A DNA stretch of 64,000 bases from the human T2T-CHM13v2.0 reference genome, Homo sapiens, in assembly GCF_009914755.1 (NCBI RefSeq), contig NC_060926.1. The stretch is one strand, 5' to 3'. A model generated the notes under the pieces. That model searched no databases and was not told where the DNA came from. It worked only from the letters and a program-made list of their open reading frames with translations. This document shows, piece after piece, positions 26,752-40,090 of this stretch. Positions within the stretch are counted from its first letter, which is position 1; every line of letters begins with the position of its first letter. Made by a program: the position numbers and the translations under genes.

Positions 26752-27634
26752 CAGCCTTCAAGTATAAGATTGCCTCTGGTGCCCAGGGAAAATGAGAGGA
26801 AATGACTTTTAAATGGCTAAGGAAAGTATTCATGATTTATTAGTTCAGTGAAACGGAAGAGCAGGCGCCCACTTGACAAAGCAGGCAGAACCACCCTTCA
26901 CCAGGTAGACTGACGTGGAGGCTCATTGACCAAATGCCTACAGTTACAGCTGTGTGATTATGAATGGCCCTGAGAATCGGAAACCTCAGGGGAACGCTAC
27001 CAGGTCTTCCTCTTCCCTTCCCGTAAGCTTGGGGACAGGAAATTTGCAGGGAATAATTTTTCTCCATGTGAAAACCAGTTCAGAGTATACATTCTCCCTT
27101 CCACCCTAGGACTCTCGAGTATGATTTGGAATTGTGGAAGTGATAATCATATCACAATCTTTGTGATAATCATAGCATCACATTACTTTAGAGCACCAAG
27201 AGACTTACAGAATCATGCTCTCTGATCAGAGCATTTTACGAAAGGGAAAACTGAACTAAGCCAAAAACTTAGTTTGGAGGGGACACCCTAACCAGCCTCA
27301 AGATCACTGAAGCCCTGTACAAGGTTTTTCTCCCACACTGGAATGTCACTGCTGGTGTCCTAGGTAGGTCTCCAGAGAAAGAACTCATTTCAACCTTAAT
27401 TAAAGCATGCAATTATTCAATTCTATATATGTCTGCATAGAACGAGAGATAGACATAGCTATAGGTAGAAAATCAATATCATAAACTTCATTGATCTTGT
27501 TTTTAATGAAGAGAAGAATGAAGGAGAAAACAAAAAGTGATCCCATAATCTCAGAGCCCTGATAACTCCTGTTGATACTTAAATCTTTATATTTTTAATA
27601 CCTTTATCTCTTCTGTTTTAATAATATAAATGTA

Positions 27635-27870
27635 GTCACCATTTCTTAACCAGTTACTATGCACCAGGTCTTGTTCTGGGTGATATATGTATTTAAACTT
27701 CAGAATAACCTCATGACATAGGTATGATTAGTCTCATTTTACAGAGGAAGTGCTGGAAGCTTCAGGAAGTTTGCTCAAAAGGGAGACTAGGCCAAAGCCT
27801 GGGTATGGCTGGGTCAGTCCTCAAACGCAAGCCAGTGAGGTTGGAGCTGTTTCTCTGGTCCCACACTGCA
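27635..27870 (-). mobile_element. MIR (MIRb-like)
   Basis: TTACTATGCACCAGG...AATAACCTCATGACATAGGTATGATTAGTCTCATTTTACAGAGGAAG. Confidence 0.75.
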
Positions 27871-30474
27871 TCTCCATCTTCCCTTTGGGAAATAAAACTC
27901 CAGTTTCCTTCCTCATCCAAGACAGATACTTAAACCCTATATTTATGAGGACAGCTAATAATATCCCAATTACAATCACTGTATTTAGATAAAGATGAAA
28001 TAGCATCATTAATATTTAAATAATAAACTTGATTACAGTTTTAAATCATTTAAGATGATTTTATTTTTCAATAAGGCATTTGAGGATCTCCCTGAGCAAG
28101 GCCTGGGGCAGGGAACTGTGCCTCTCCTATTGTCAGTTGAAGATCTTAACCTCACAGGAAAAGCAAGCACCTCAGTGGTTTTTCTTGTCCATTGCCTGCC
28201 CAGAATGCCTTATCCAAAGCAGAACAGATTGGTAGATTTGTAGGGGAAGGTTGGTTGCACCAGGTGCAGCATCGTGGCTCCTTTTGGAAGGAACAGGCAG
28301 AGCTGCGAGGAGACTCTGCTGTGTTCTTCCACAGAGGTGGCGCAGCTGAATCACCAGGGCTTGGCCCAGAAATGTGACTGGGATTCCAAGCACAGCCTCT
28401 TTCAGGAAAGGGACACAGAGGCAAGCAGAAATGTTCGTGCTCCTTCAGATAATTCATTCCTGGCTCCATTCACCCTGCCCCTGCTCCACCCCCTGGCTCC
28501 CAAGTCAAGGCAAGATTTCTTGTCAGGGTCTTTCGCAGCCAAATCATATATATGACTTAAAGAGGTTTGTTGGCCCTGGCAGTTCCTGGAATCTTTCCAG
28601 AAATATAGCCAGAGGGCCAGAGTGGTGCTGCCAGTCATCCTCTTGGGATCCAAGCTCTGAGAGAGCCAGGAGATGGCTTTCCAGAGCTCCACCCTGCCAG
28701 CTCTGATTCACATCTGTGTTCTCCTCTCTGGGGAAACTCGCAGGGTGGAGTCCAGAGGAGGGAAGGAAATCTTTGGGTCTGCTCTTTATCCATTGTCCCA
28801 TCATTCTGGCGACTGTCAGTCTTTATTTTTTTAAACGTTAAACATATAAACAGCATTGCTTCATTTTTCTTTATAGGCGATAATGCTCCATTATGAAGAA
28901 AAAAAACTTGTTTCTTGCTTCCAATGGAAACGAGATGTTTACTTTTTACTTCAAACTGAGAGATTTCAGAATATGCTAAGTGAGTTCTGCCTTTCTGACT
29001 TAAGTTATCCTGTTTTTCATTTTCCTATTTTCCCACTGACAGAGAATGCAATTATTGCTACCCTTTTTGACTAGCTAGCTGACTCTTTCTCCTAAAAACG
29101 TGAATTATAACTAGAAAAGGCTACTTGGCGGGCCTGTCTATGGTGAGCTCTTGCCTGTGAGAGTTAACTAGAATGCTCCTAGTAATATTTCGTTGTAATT
29201 TTTCTGTTGTCGTGTTCTCAGAAGCCCCAATCCATCAATCTATTCAATTGCCTCCACTGGACAACACAGCAAAATTCATTCCAGGAGACTTCCTTTTTAA
29301 TAGTTTTCACTTTGACCCATCTTATTTCTGTGAGTTATGCTGAAATGTACACATATATACAACTCACTGTTGATTCCCAGCAGCCAGAATGTCACAGAGG
29401 TGCCACCACCATATACATTTATGCATGTAAATGTATATATACATATAGACCTGGTAAGGTTCATGCACTCAATTATCCGGCATCGTTGATGTCAGGAACT
29501 CAGAATTGCTTTGAGGAATTCAGAATTCTATTTTTAGACTTTTTCATAAATGGAAACATAAGTGACAGTCATGCTGTAGAATACAAGATGTTGTCCTTAT
29601 ATTAACTAGGAGAACAACATGGATGCTAATATATATAGTTCACTGTAGTTTGGTATTATTGATATTCCTTTCCTTTTCTGTGTTCAGCTTCTTCACCAAA
29701 TTAAAATGCTTTGCAAAGTGTGGCTTGTTTATCATCTTCTTTCTCAATCATTTAGAATGTGGGTGTGCATGTTCCTGTTTCCTATTTACTAAATTCAAAC
29801 ATAGAAATTTAAACATGCTTAGAGGCTAAGAAAGAGGATAATACCTCCTGGTGTTCCTAACACATTATCTCTCTCAAAACCATTTTATTACCAAATAACA
29901 CTCAGAGCTTTGTGGAACAGAAAGTATGCTTCTTTATAGAGACAATAAGTCCTAGAACTCAAGCAAGTTGTTCCATGGTCATTGATAACAAGTATAACTC
30001 AAAAGTCCCATTACTGTCATATGGTTTTTTTCCATATACAAACTGATAGAAAACTAGCAAACTTGACTGAAAAATGTAAATTCTTGGGAGAATAATTTTT
30101 CATGTAAAAACCTACCGCTAATACCTGTTCCACACTGTCCTTAATGCTAAGAAGGAATAAGATGTTCCTCTATATATCTTCATTCTAAATAATTCATAGT
30201 TCTTGATACACACATGGACCAAGATCTAACTTTTTTTATTAAATACACAGTGTTCTCAAAGCAGGTTGTTGGCTTTTGAGGCCATGAAAGTTTTGGGAAG
30301 ATTTTATCTGTGACACCTGCATGCTATACTTAGCCATATGGCAGTGTACCAATGCCAGCGAAGATGTTTGGGAAAGTAATCGCACCACAGGTGACCCAAG
30401 CTCTGTCCTATGTAACTCAATTCTGCTGGACCACTAGTGTGAAGAGAATGGATGATGCCAGAATTCTGAAAAAA

Positions 30475-30560
30475 GTATAGAATCTCTAGATTAGAAGAGA
30501 CCTTAAATTTCACCCAATCCCCACCACACTGATGCAAGCATCCTTGAAAAGCATTTTAAA
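30475..30560 (-). mobile_element. L3/CR1 (or MIR3) 3' terminus
   Basis: ATAGAATCTCTAGATTAGAAGAGACCTTAAATTTCACCCAATCC...GATGCAAG. Confidence 0.55.
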
Positions 30561-31784
30561 GTAAGACAATATCACAAACTCAGGAAGCATAATAGCAGAC
30601 AAACCACCACCATCTATAAATAAAATGTTTTAGGTACACCAAAGAGAATGTGCTTGAAACTCAGAAAAGTCATGCTATAAAGGTTTTGCTCCTCTTTGAA
30701 ATTTGAGAGGTAATAGTTCCTCCAATGCTTTCCAATACTTCTGCAATTCAAGGGCAAGCATTACAGATTTCCGACTGCTTCTTTCCCACTCCCTTATTCA
30801 GAAATATTTATATAATGCCTACCATGTGAAAACTAATCTCTCAAAGTTAGGATTAACACTTATGGCCACCACAAAAGTGATTTTTGTTCCCATAAGAACT
30901 TCCATTCAAACTTTTAAAAAATCATGTCCCTCATAGGTGGCCATAGATCATAAGCACTCCAACTTTTAAGAAAAAAAAAATTCCATAATAACAAATACTA
31001 AAGGAGAATCTCATGAAGAATGACAAAAAATTTTAGACATTTTTAATAACTCACTAGTTACTGTTACTAGAATAAATAGGCACTAAAATGTAATAAATAT
31101 CAGAGCCCTAAAATAAAATACCAGGGTATTGTTCAGTATGAGTAAAGAGAGGTGAGAATAAAGAGAATGGGGTAATGAAATCATGTGAACATGTCAAAGA
31201 AGGTGCTGAAGAAAGTTTAAATTATCAACCAGTAGGAAGGTTATGAAAGGTCAAAGGGCAGAGAAAGGGAATTTCGTGAAAAGGTTTCCTGGAGCAAGAT
31301 GAAAATTCCCATGATCCTCCCTGTCTCCAGTAGAAGGAGTTGCTGCCACTTCTCTCAGAAGTATGTGTCCCCTGAATTTGGAAGGCTTGGTCATCAGGAA
31401 CTAGACTCAACTGATAAATTGCAAGCAGTCCATGGGAGCATAGAGATGGCTGCAGCTGGGATGTAAATGCAATTCACTCCCACATTGGGTCAAAAAGGCA
31501 TGTCTCAGGGACCAGATGTACAGTCCATGGTAGAAATGCCAGGCAAGGAGCATTCAAAATAGGAATCTGTCTAAGAGAGCAGCCTGCCAAGGTGAAAGGA
31601 CCATAGGAATAAGGGATTGATACTAGAACATCAGGGGGCATCACGAGTGGTCCCAGCAAGTATATGTACCCTGAGTCTTAGACCCTTATCATTAATTTCC
31701 ATAACTCTAACTTCCAGGCATTAGATCAAAGCCCATTGTGTCAGGTGGGCATAGTTGTTGGTGTTTACTCTCTGAAGTGCCTCA

Positions 31785-32186
<402 letters not shown>

Positions 32187-32836
32187 TCACTCTCCTTCTT
32201 GGAAAAATTAAACAAACCCTAACAATAACAAAATTTGGCTACATGGCCAAATCCAGAGTGTGAAATGCCTGAGTGTAAAAAGAACAACAAAAATCAGAGA
32301 ACTGAATAGGATCTTAAGCCAAAGCAGCTCGTGGTTTGTATCCTTAACGGATATGAAACCTAGTGGGGCAGTGGCTTTGGAGCCATCACAAGCAAACGAG
32401 TTCAAAATGTCTTTCCATGTGTTTAGAAGGACAGCACAGACTGACAGAGATGCCCTATTGGCAGCCATAGATGCTAGAATGCAATGCAGTAATATTTTCA
32501 AAGTGGTAAAAGTAAGTAACTACCCACCAGTTAAACTATGTCAATGAAAGTAAATAGATATAAAGACTGAAAGAATTTACTAGTCATAGAAGCTTAACTG
32601 AAAAAAAAATCTCTAAATAACATTATTCAGCAAGAATAGAGGTAATCTTAGAAGAAAATAGTAGACACAAGAATGATAATGAGAAAAAGAAGCTAGTAAG
32701 CATGTTGGTAAATCTAAATAAAATTTGGATGGAATAATCATTCTAAGTCCTGATATTTGCTCAGGAAGAAGATGGAGAACTTGGCTAGCTTTACATTTTG
32801 TTAAGTTAGATATGCATGTTAGAAACTTAAAGGCTA

Positions 32837-32996
32837 GACCAGGTGCAGTGACTCAGGCCTACAATCCCAGCACTTTGGGAGGCCAAGAAGGGAGGACCAC
32901 TTGAGGCCAGGAGTTTGAGGTTACAGTGAGCCATGATCATGCCACTGCACTCCAGCCTGGGTGACAGAGTGAGACCCTGTCTCAAAAAATTAAAAA
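32837..32996 (+). mobile_element. Monomeric Alu (left-arm 5' half joined to right-arm 3' half; FRAM/AluJ-like)
   Basis: CCCAGCACTTTGGGAGGCCAAG then GAGTTTGAGGTTACAGTGAGCCATGATC; 16-bp TSD AGAAACTTAAAGGCTA / AGAAACTTAAAAGCTA. Confidence 0.9.
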
Positions 32997-33255
32997 AGAA
33001 ACTTAAAAGCTAACCACTATAAGGAGCAAAAACCAAATGTATATTTACTAATTATTTGAGAGGAAGTAGAGAAAATAAAATTGGGTCAATTCAATATAAA
33101 CCAAGGAAAGAGAAAGAAACATAAAATGGATAGGACAAATAAGCATTAATATGTTAGTAATCATAATAAATACAAAAGGTTGAATTTGCCTCAAATTGGA
33201 TTTTTTTAAAAAGAGAATAGCATCCAGCTATTTTTTATTTTAAGAGATATACAAA

Positions 33256-33571
33256 GGCTGGGTGTGATGGCTCACGCCTATAATCCCAGCATTTTGGGAT
33301 GATGAAGCAGGAGGGTTGTTTGAGGCCGGGAGTTCAAGGCCAGCCTGGACAACATATGAGACCCCATCTTTATTAAAAAAATTTTTTTTAATTAGCATGG
33401 TGGCTTACATCTGTTTTCCCAGCTACTCAGGAGGCTGAGGCAGGAGAATCACTTGAGCCCAGGAGTTTCAGTTCAAGGCAGCAGTGAGCTATGATGATTG
33501 CACCACTGTACTCCAGCTTGGGTGACAAGTGAGACCCTGTCTCTAAACAAAACAAAACAAAACAAAAACAC
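33256..33571 (+). mobile_element. AluJ (Jo/Jr-like) with (CAAAA)n tail
   Basis: Dimer with GAGCCCAGGAGTT...CAGTGAGCTATGAT; TSD AGAGATATAC / AGAGATACAC. Confidence 0.92.
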
Positions 33572-34154
33572 AGAGATACACCTAAAACATAATGATCAAG
33601 AAGGGACGGACAAATATCGACCAGGTAAATACTGATCAAGACAGCTGGTATTGCAATATTTAAATCAAACGTAGAGTTTTAAGCCAAGAGGCATTAATAG
33701 AAACATAGATACATAAGATAAAAAGAACAATTCAATAAGAAAATTAAATAGTCATGAACTTTTATGTACTTAACAATATAGTTTCAAAATATATAAAGTA
33801 AAAATGACAAAATTACAAAAAGGAATCGGCAAATCTACAATCATAGTGGAAGATTTTCATACGCCTTTCTCAGAATGTAGCAGGCAGAGAAAAAAATACA
33901 CACTAAGGATTTATAAAATATTTCAGCAACACAATTAAAGAGCTAATCTAAAAGATATACTATATGTATAAGCCTGCATATGATGAATAGAAAATAGAAA
34001 ATATACTTTTTTATCAAGCCTAAGTGGAACTGTCTGAAAAAATGACTACACACCAGGCCACAAATCTATTTATATTACATATCTATATCATAAAAGTAAC
34101 CTGCTAATCAAAGAGGAAATCACAATGAGGAAATTATTTTAAAAAAACAAACTT

Positions 34155-34277
34155 AGCCAGATGTGGTGGCAAGTGTCTGTAGTCCCAGCTACTCAGGAGG
34201 CTGAAGTGGGAGGATCACTTGAGCCCAGCCTGGGCAACATAGCAAAAGCCCATCTCAAAAACAAAACAAAACAAAAC
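34155..34277 (+). mobile_element. FLAM_A-like Alu monomer with internal deletion
   Basis: GTAGTCCCAGCTACTCAGGAGGCTGAAGTGGGAGGATCACTTGAGCCCAGCCTGGGCAACATAGC; the GGAGTTCGAGACCA segment is missing. Confidence 0.8.
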
Positions 34278-34614
34278 CCTGAAACTATACAACAATAATA
34301 GTGCTCTATATGCTAAAAATGTGGGCATATTTCTAAAGCAATACTTTAGCCTTAAGTGAATTTACCTAACAAGAAAGATAAAAAATAAATGAGCTAAGAA
34401 TTCCACTGAAGACTGGGAGACGAAAAGAATAAATGCAAAGTAGAAGAAAGGATGTAATAAAGATAATAGCAGAAATTAATAAAATTTTTAAAACTCCACT
34501 AGAGATGATGAGGCCACCAAAATATTCCACCTGACTCCTTCAGAGTCCTTCACTGTCCATGATGCAGGACAAAGCTATCTTCATTCCTCACCTGTTGCTG
34601 GTGTGGAGTACCTA

Positions 34615-34931
34615 CTGTCACTGCCCAACAGAAATACAATGTGAGCTACATATGCAATTTAAATTTTATAGTAGTCACATTTAAAAAACTACAAGAAACA
34701 GGTAAAATACATGTACTAATATATTTTATTTAAACCAATATATAAAAAATATTTCAACACACACTCAATATTTTTAAATTATCGAGATATTTTACATTCT
34801 TTTTCCATGCTGAGTCTTCAAATCTGGTATATATTTTACACTTGCAGATCATTTCAATTTGGACTAGCTGCATTTCAATTGCCCAGTAGCCAACATGCTA
34901 CTGGCTAGTGTCTATCAAATTGGACAGAACA
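34615..34931. mobile_element. MER33 (hAT-Charlie)
   Basis: CTGCCCAACAGAAATACAATGTGAGCTACATATG...GGCTAGTGTCTATCAAATTGGACAG, with MER3/MER33-type termini. Confidence 0.88.
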
Positions 34932-35704
34932 AACCTGTCTTCAAATGGCATCCCATATAATTTCAGAATTCTTTAGCCTTTGAAGTCATCATTGTATCTT
35001 ATTTGTTTCTTAATAATTTGGCCTTTGGAACAGGATAAAGACTTGTATAACCATTTTTTCATCTGCACTGTATGTTCTGCAAGGTGATGGCAACCCTCTG
35101 GTAAGTTACCTTGCTGCCAATGTCTAAGTCTTTTCCAGCCAGTTGTAGTGGCATTAGTTCCGATAGTGGCCAAAGTTCTAGTGGCCGTATAGTTGACAGC
35201 ATTTCAAAGAGTTACCTACTTACTTTCCATATTAGTGTTTACACAACAGAGATTCTCTATAGGCATCTCTATTCCCCAAGAATTTCATGTTGAAATAACA
35301 AAATGGCCTAGATTCACCTGAAGATAAATTGCTTTAATTATTAAGCAGACTGTGAAGCTCACAGTTTCAAATATCAGGTCAGTGCAGTGCCCAGCGTCAG
35401 CAGAAGCTTTGCTGTGCTATTTCTCCAGGTGCTACTATTGAGCCTTAATATTACTGGAACAATTCCATTCAGGACTAGCTTTATCTGTGCAATTTGCCCA
35501 CTTCTTCAACAGAAGAAAATTGATCTTAGTAATTGTGAGAAGAAACTATGATTTCCCAGTGTTGTAAAGTTTAGTCCAATTGTTGGCATTATTATTAATA
35601 TCTATGGAAATCTCACAGCATAATTATTTCTTAGGTCTTAGAATTGATGATGAAGCTGTATAGATACCTATCAACTCTCATTTTTACACTTTATGTGAGC
35701 TCAT

Positions 35705-35928
35705 GAAGAGAATAGAGTGCTTAAGACTAACAGCACATGGACTTCAATTGGACAACCTGGGTTTGAATCCCAGCTTTACTTATTTATCAGCCATGTGTCT
35801 GAAACTCAGCTTCCTCAGCTTTAAAGTGGAAAGTATTAATTAAGATTACAAAAGGATTACACAAAATAACATATAAGGTGTATAACACAGGGCTCAGCAC
35901 TCAGAAGTGTTTCATAAACATTAGCTAG
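35705..35928 (+). mobile_element. MIR
   Basis: CCTGGGTTTGAATCCCAGCT (tRNA-derived B box) ...CTCAGCTTCCTCAGCTTTAAAGTGG. Confidence 0.8.
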
Positions 35929-36734
35929 GTCAATCTGTGAGTTCCTAATTTCTTTAAGCAAATTTGGGAGCATTGAAAAAAATGACCATCTAATAGCATT
36001 TCTAAAGCTCTGAAGACAATTCTTTCCAAAAGAAATTCCAGTTGACCTGTTTCTCTCTAAAGCTTACATCAGCAAGCTTTTCCTAACTGTGATGATCTCA
36101 ACTTCCTTTCTGGATATTTATTATGCAACAATGCTAACTTTTTGGTTTGGAAGCTCCCCCGCTCAGGTCCCATTATCAATAATCAAGCCAGGTTAAAGCT
36201 CTCTAAACATACTTGGCATCAGCAGATGGAATAACCCAGTTTCAATGACACTTTCCCTAATCTTACCATTCTGAATCAGGAGTAGGCATTGTAAGGCCAA
36301 CGATTTTTAAATTTTGGTTTTCCTAGATATATAATTTTTATGTCATTTTTGCTCTGGGTAAGGGGAGGCCAAGTCTGAACTGAGAAAATGAAATAATAGG
36401 GTTTATTTAAGCAAGGTACTCTGATGGGAATTTTGCCCCAAAGCCACTCCTCTCCCTTTATAGTAGGATGAAGCTCACCTTTAGATGCTCACCTGTTGAG
36501 ATGGGCAATTCTCCCCTGTATTGCCATTTAGATTTACAGCTCCTCTCTTTGAGGTTCACATTCATTAAAACTATACATTTGATGCCCACACTATTCATCT
36601 GCTGAAATCATAGTATTCTGGAGCTAAAATTTCACTTTCTGAGACTTCTGTCAATCGAGAGTGTGGTATAAAACAAGACATGTTTTGGCATTTTTTCCAG
36701 TAAATCCGCTTTGTTATAATATTTCCTTTTGAAA

Positions 36735-36995
36735 ATACTGATTAATAGTTCATGTAGTTAGTAGTATCCTCCAGGCACTGTTCTATTTGTTTTATAAAAA
36801 TAATGCCCTTAATCCTCACAATAGCCCTATGTGATGATTAATTATTATTCTCACTTTATAGATGAGAAAAGTCAGGTACAAAGAAGTTAAGAAACCCCCT
36901 AAGGTCTCATAGTTGCCAAATGGTGAAGCCAAGATTTGAATGTGGATCTCATATCAGATCCTAAGCCTTTAACCACTATACCACATTCTGCCTCT
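36735..36995 (-). mobile_element. MIR (MIRb-like), near full length
   Basis: CCAGGCACTG...AATCCTCACAATAGCCCTAT...CTTTATAGATGAGAAAA...GCCAAGATTTGAA...TTAACCACTATACC. Confidence 0.85.
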
Positions 36996-37941
36996 CATTT
37001 AAAAAGCATTAGAAGCATATATAAAATCGAAAAGAAGATTTGGTGCATTACGAAGTAAATTTGTCACAAGTTTAGCATATTTCTGGAACCAAAAATATTA
37101 AAATAAACTAATCTTAATTTATACATGTCTAAGAAACCATATGCTTATAAACCACTAGGAGACACAGACAAGGATATAAAATGATTATGAAAATCAGCCA
37201 AAAGGTCAATGTAGCTTCCACCATGGTTACTGTGGTATTTTGGTGCTCTTATTTATGAATATTTTTCTTCCTCTCCCAACATACCCAGATTGTAAAAAGG
37301 TAAAGAAGAGTTCTTGTGTGTTGGACAATGTTTCTTTTTCTTTTTTTTTTATTAATTTGAGCAGGACATCATTATCCAAGCCCAGCCTTGAATATGTGCT
37401 ATACACAAAACAATTTATCTACTAGAGTTCATGGGCAGCTGGATTGGGAAAAAACACATTAATTATCATTCAAGTGGAAATGCCCCCATAGACATACCAT
37501 TTAATTAACAGAGAGGCCAGTATTGGAAATGAGTAATTTGAGGCAAGACAGAGAAAGATGTGTGAGATAAACCCTTAGGTGATTTAAGGACATTATCTGT
37601 GGATAAACACTTTAAAATACATGAAATATATATCTATCTTATAAACTCCTTGTAAACATAAAAGGATTCCTTAGAAGAAAGGCCCCTGTGAGCTTCTTCC
37701 TTCCCTGTATTAAGTCATCACCTGTTATTAGGAAGCTTGTGTTCCACAGAAACATCAATTCCTTTAGTGGCTGGAAAATCCCACTCCCTTGAATTCAAAC
37801 TCTGAAAGGATCAGAGCTAAAATCACTTCATGTGGCAAGTTCTTCTGCCTTCAAAAACCCTTGAAATTTGTAGCTTTGCCAAGATTATAAATAGAAGTGA
37901 TATGGCGGCAGAGAATTGATCATTCTGCTAAATGTACTCAC

Positions 37942-37968
37942 CCCATTTGGGATAGTTTTATGAAGCAT
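37942..37968 (-). other. Candidate start-codon-containing exon end, encoding MLHKTIPNG (phase 0)
   Basis: Minus strand GCTGCCACC-ATG-CTT-CAT-AAA-ACT-ATC-CCA-AAT-GGG|GTGAGT; in-frame TGA 30 nt upstream. The peptide is not recognised. Confidence 0.35.
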
Positions 37969-38836
37969 GGTGGCAGCTGGGACAGAGGTGGGTGCTCAGC
38001 CGCCGTTGTCACTGTTGCCACTGCTGCAAAATGTCTTTCCTTTTTAAAAAATCTCTTTACCAAGAAAAGCCAAAAGAGATTTCCCTAAAGCATTAACATA
38101 AAAAATAGAATGACAGTCCAAAGGCTGTTTTTCAAAGCAGTCTGAACAACCATCAGAGAGTCTGAAACGAATCACATATACCCACTGACTCCCTGAAAAG
38201 AATCCAAACATCAGAATTCCAGGACCCAGTTTGGCATTATAGGATTGCACTTCATTGTGAAGACACTGTCAGATTTTGTGTTATGATTCTTGAAAATATC
38301 ACCCTTAATGAGATAGACCAAATGTTCCATCTAGCTTGAGTGGGAGGGGAACAGTGAAGGTGTGCAGCAGGGGAGGAGTTGGGTGTAGAGTTTCATGTCT
38401 GACCTTGGTATTTCCTTGCAACCCTCTGTAAAAAAGAAAAGTTTATCTTCAATGATCCTTCCTTTTTTGTATTCTTCCTTCTAGTTTCAACATCTCTTTA
38501 ACAGTACCAGGATTCTTAATTTAATTCAATAAATATTTATATATGGAAAAGAAATATATGTACATATGTATAGATATATAGCATCTTTGTAATAAACTCT
38601 CTTTAGCACTGGAATAAGAAATCAGGGCAGGGAGAGGAGCAGGGGGAAGGAGCTGCGTGACCTGAATGAATTTTTCCCACTCTTGCCAATGTTGCCTTCA
38701 CCCTAGAGGCTTTTCCCTCTAGTTTCCTTCATCAACCCCATGGTCACCTCTGGGAGTAAACTCAGTGTAGGCAAAAACTTGTCCCATAGCTTAGTTGAGA
38801 TACTTTCAACCAAACTTCTCAAAATTCCAAGAATTA

Positions 38837-39160
<324 letters not shown>

Positions 39161-39839
39161 TATTGAGAACGCAGAAATCAAAACAATTCAGATTACAAAG
39201 AACACCATTTGTCCCCCTAGTCTTTTTTCAGCAGGAAAAAAACCTTTATTTCAAGCAGAATCTTACACAAACCCTAACAAATCACACAGAAATTCTTAGA
39301 GCTGTTCTAGTAAGTGAAGAGATAAAACTCCGTCAGGTTCTACTTTTCTACTGACCTTCACCTTAAGGAGATCCCTGAGAGTCCTCTCTGGAACCTTCTG
39401 GAATCCCTAAAGGGTCTCTGAGCATCATTTAAAAATAACCTTAAGTACAGACCTCCATGTGACAGATACTGGCTTTAACACACCTCACGACCACAATCTC
39501 CCCACCTCCCCTTCACTTCTACACACCATAGATATCTCAACCCTCCCTCAAAGTCAAGCCCAGGACAGCACTCCCTTCCTCTCTCCTGCGCCGTCTGTGC
39601 TGGTCTAATACATATGTTCCTTCCCTTAGTGACAGACACTAGGCTTAACCTTACTTTTCAGCTGCAGCTGCGTCCCTGGTGTGGGTATGACCTAGTCCCA
39701 AATACAGATCCACAGTACAACGCAATCTTAAAATAACCTCAGCATTCACATTATCATGAAGTGATAGAGAGGAAGTCGTTTCCTCCTTAACTGAAGGGAT
39801 TCCCATCCCTGTAAGATTATAATGTTTAGAGGAGACAAA

Positions 39840-40090
39840 ACATGTTTATACATGAAATAATCTGACTTGAAATAGAAAATAAAATAAGACAGTATAAAAG
39901 AAGTTTCTAAATTGAAAGCAAACATGTAAGTGATATAAGTGGTAAGAAAAGGCAGAGAGCAATACTGGCTGGAGTGATCAGCAAATATTTTAAAGCGTAG
40001 TTTAAAATTAAGATGGATGCTGAAGGAGGGATTTAGAGAGGACAGATGGAAAGAAAGAGAAGGGTATTCCCAGCAAGCATCTGGCAAAGT
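39840..40090 (-). mobile_element. L2 fragment
   Basis: Purine-rich TGAAGGAGGGATTTAGAGAGGACAGATGG...GGGTATTCCCAGC typical of antisense L2. Confidence 0.5.

Larger units (their letters stand above)
32440..34500 (+). mobile_element. Old L1M fragment: ORF1 C-terminus, inter-ORF and ORF2 endonuclease, interrupted by three Alu-type inserts
   Basis: DARMQCSNIFKVVK (ORF 32260-32547) resembles L1 ORF1 ARRQWxxIFKVLK; ACAATCATAGTGGAAGATTTTCATACGCCTTTCTCAG resembles endonuclease IIVGDFNTPLS. Confidence 0.75.

Noticed and set aside
28055-28856. Many overlapping ORFs on both strands
   Set aside because: Explained by locally higher GC; no recognisable domain or convincing splice-site pair.
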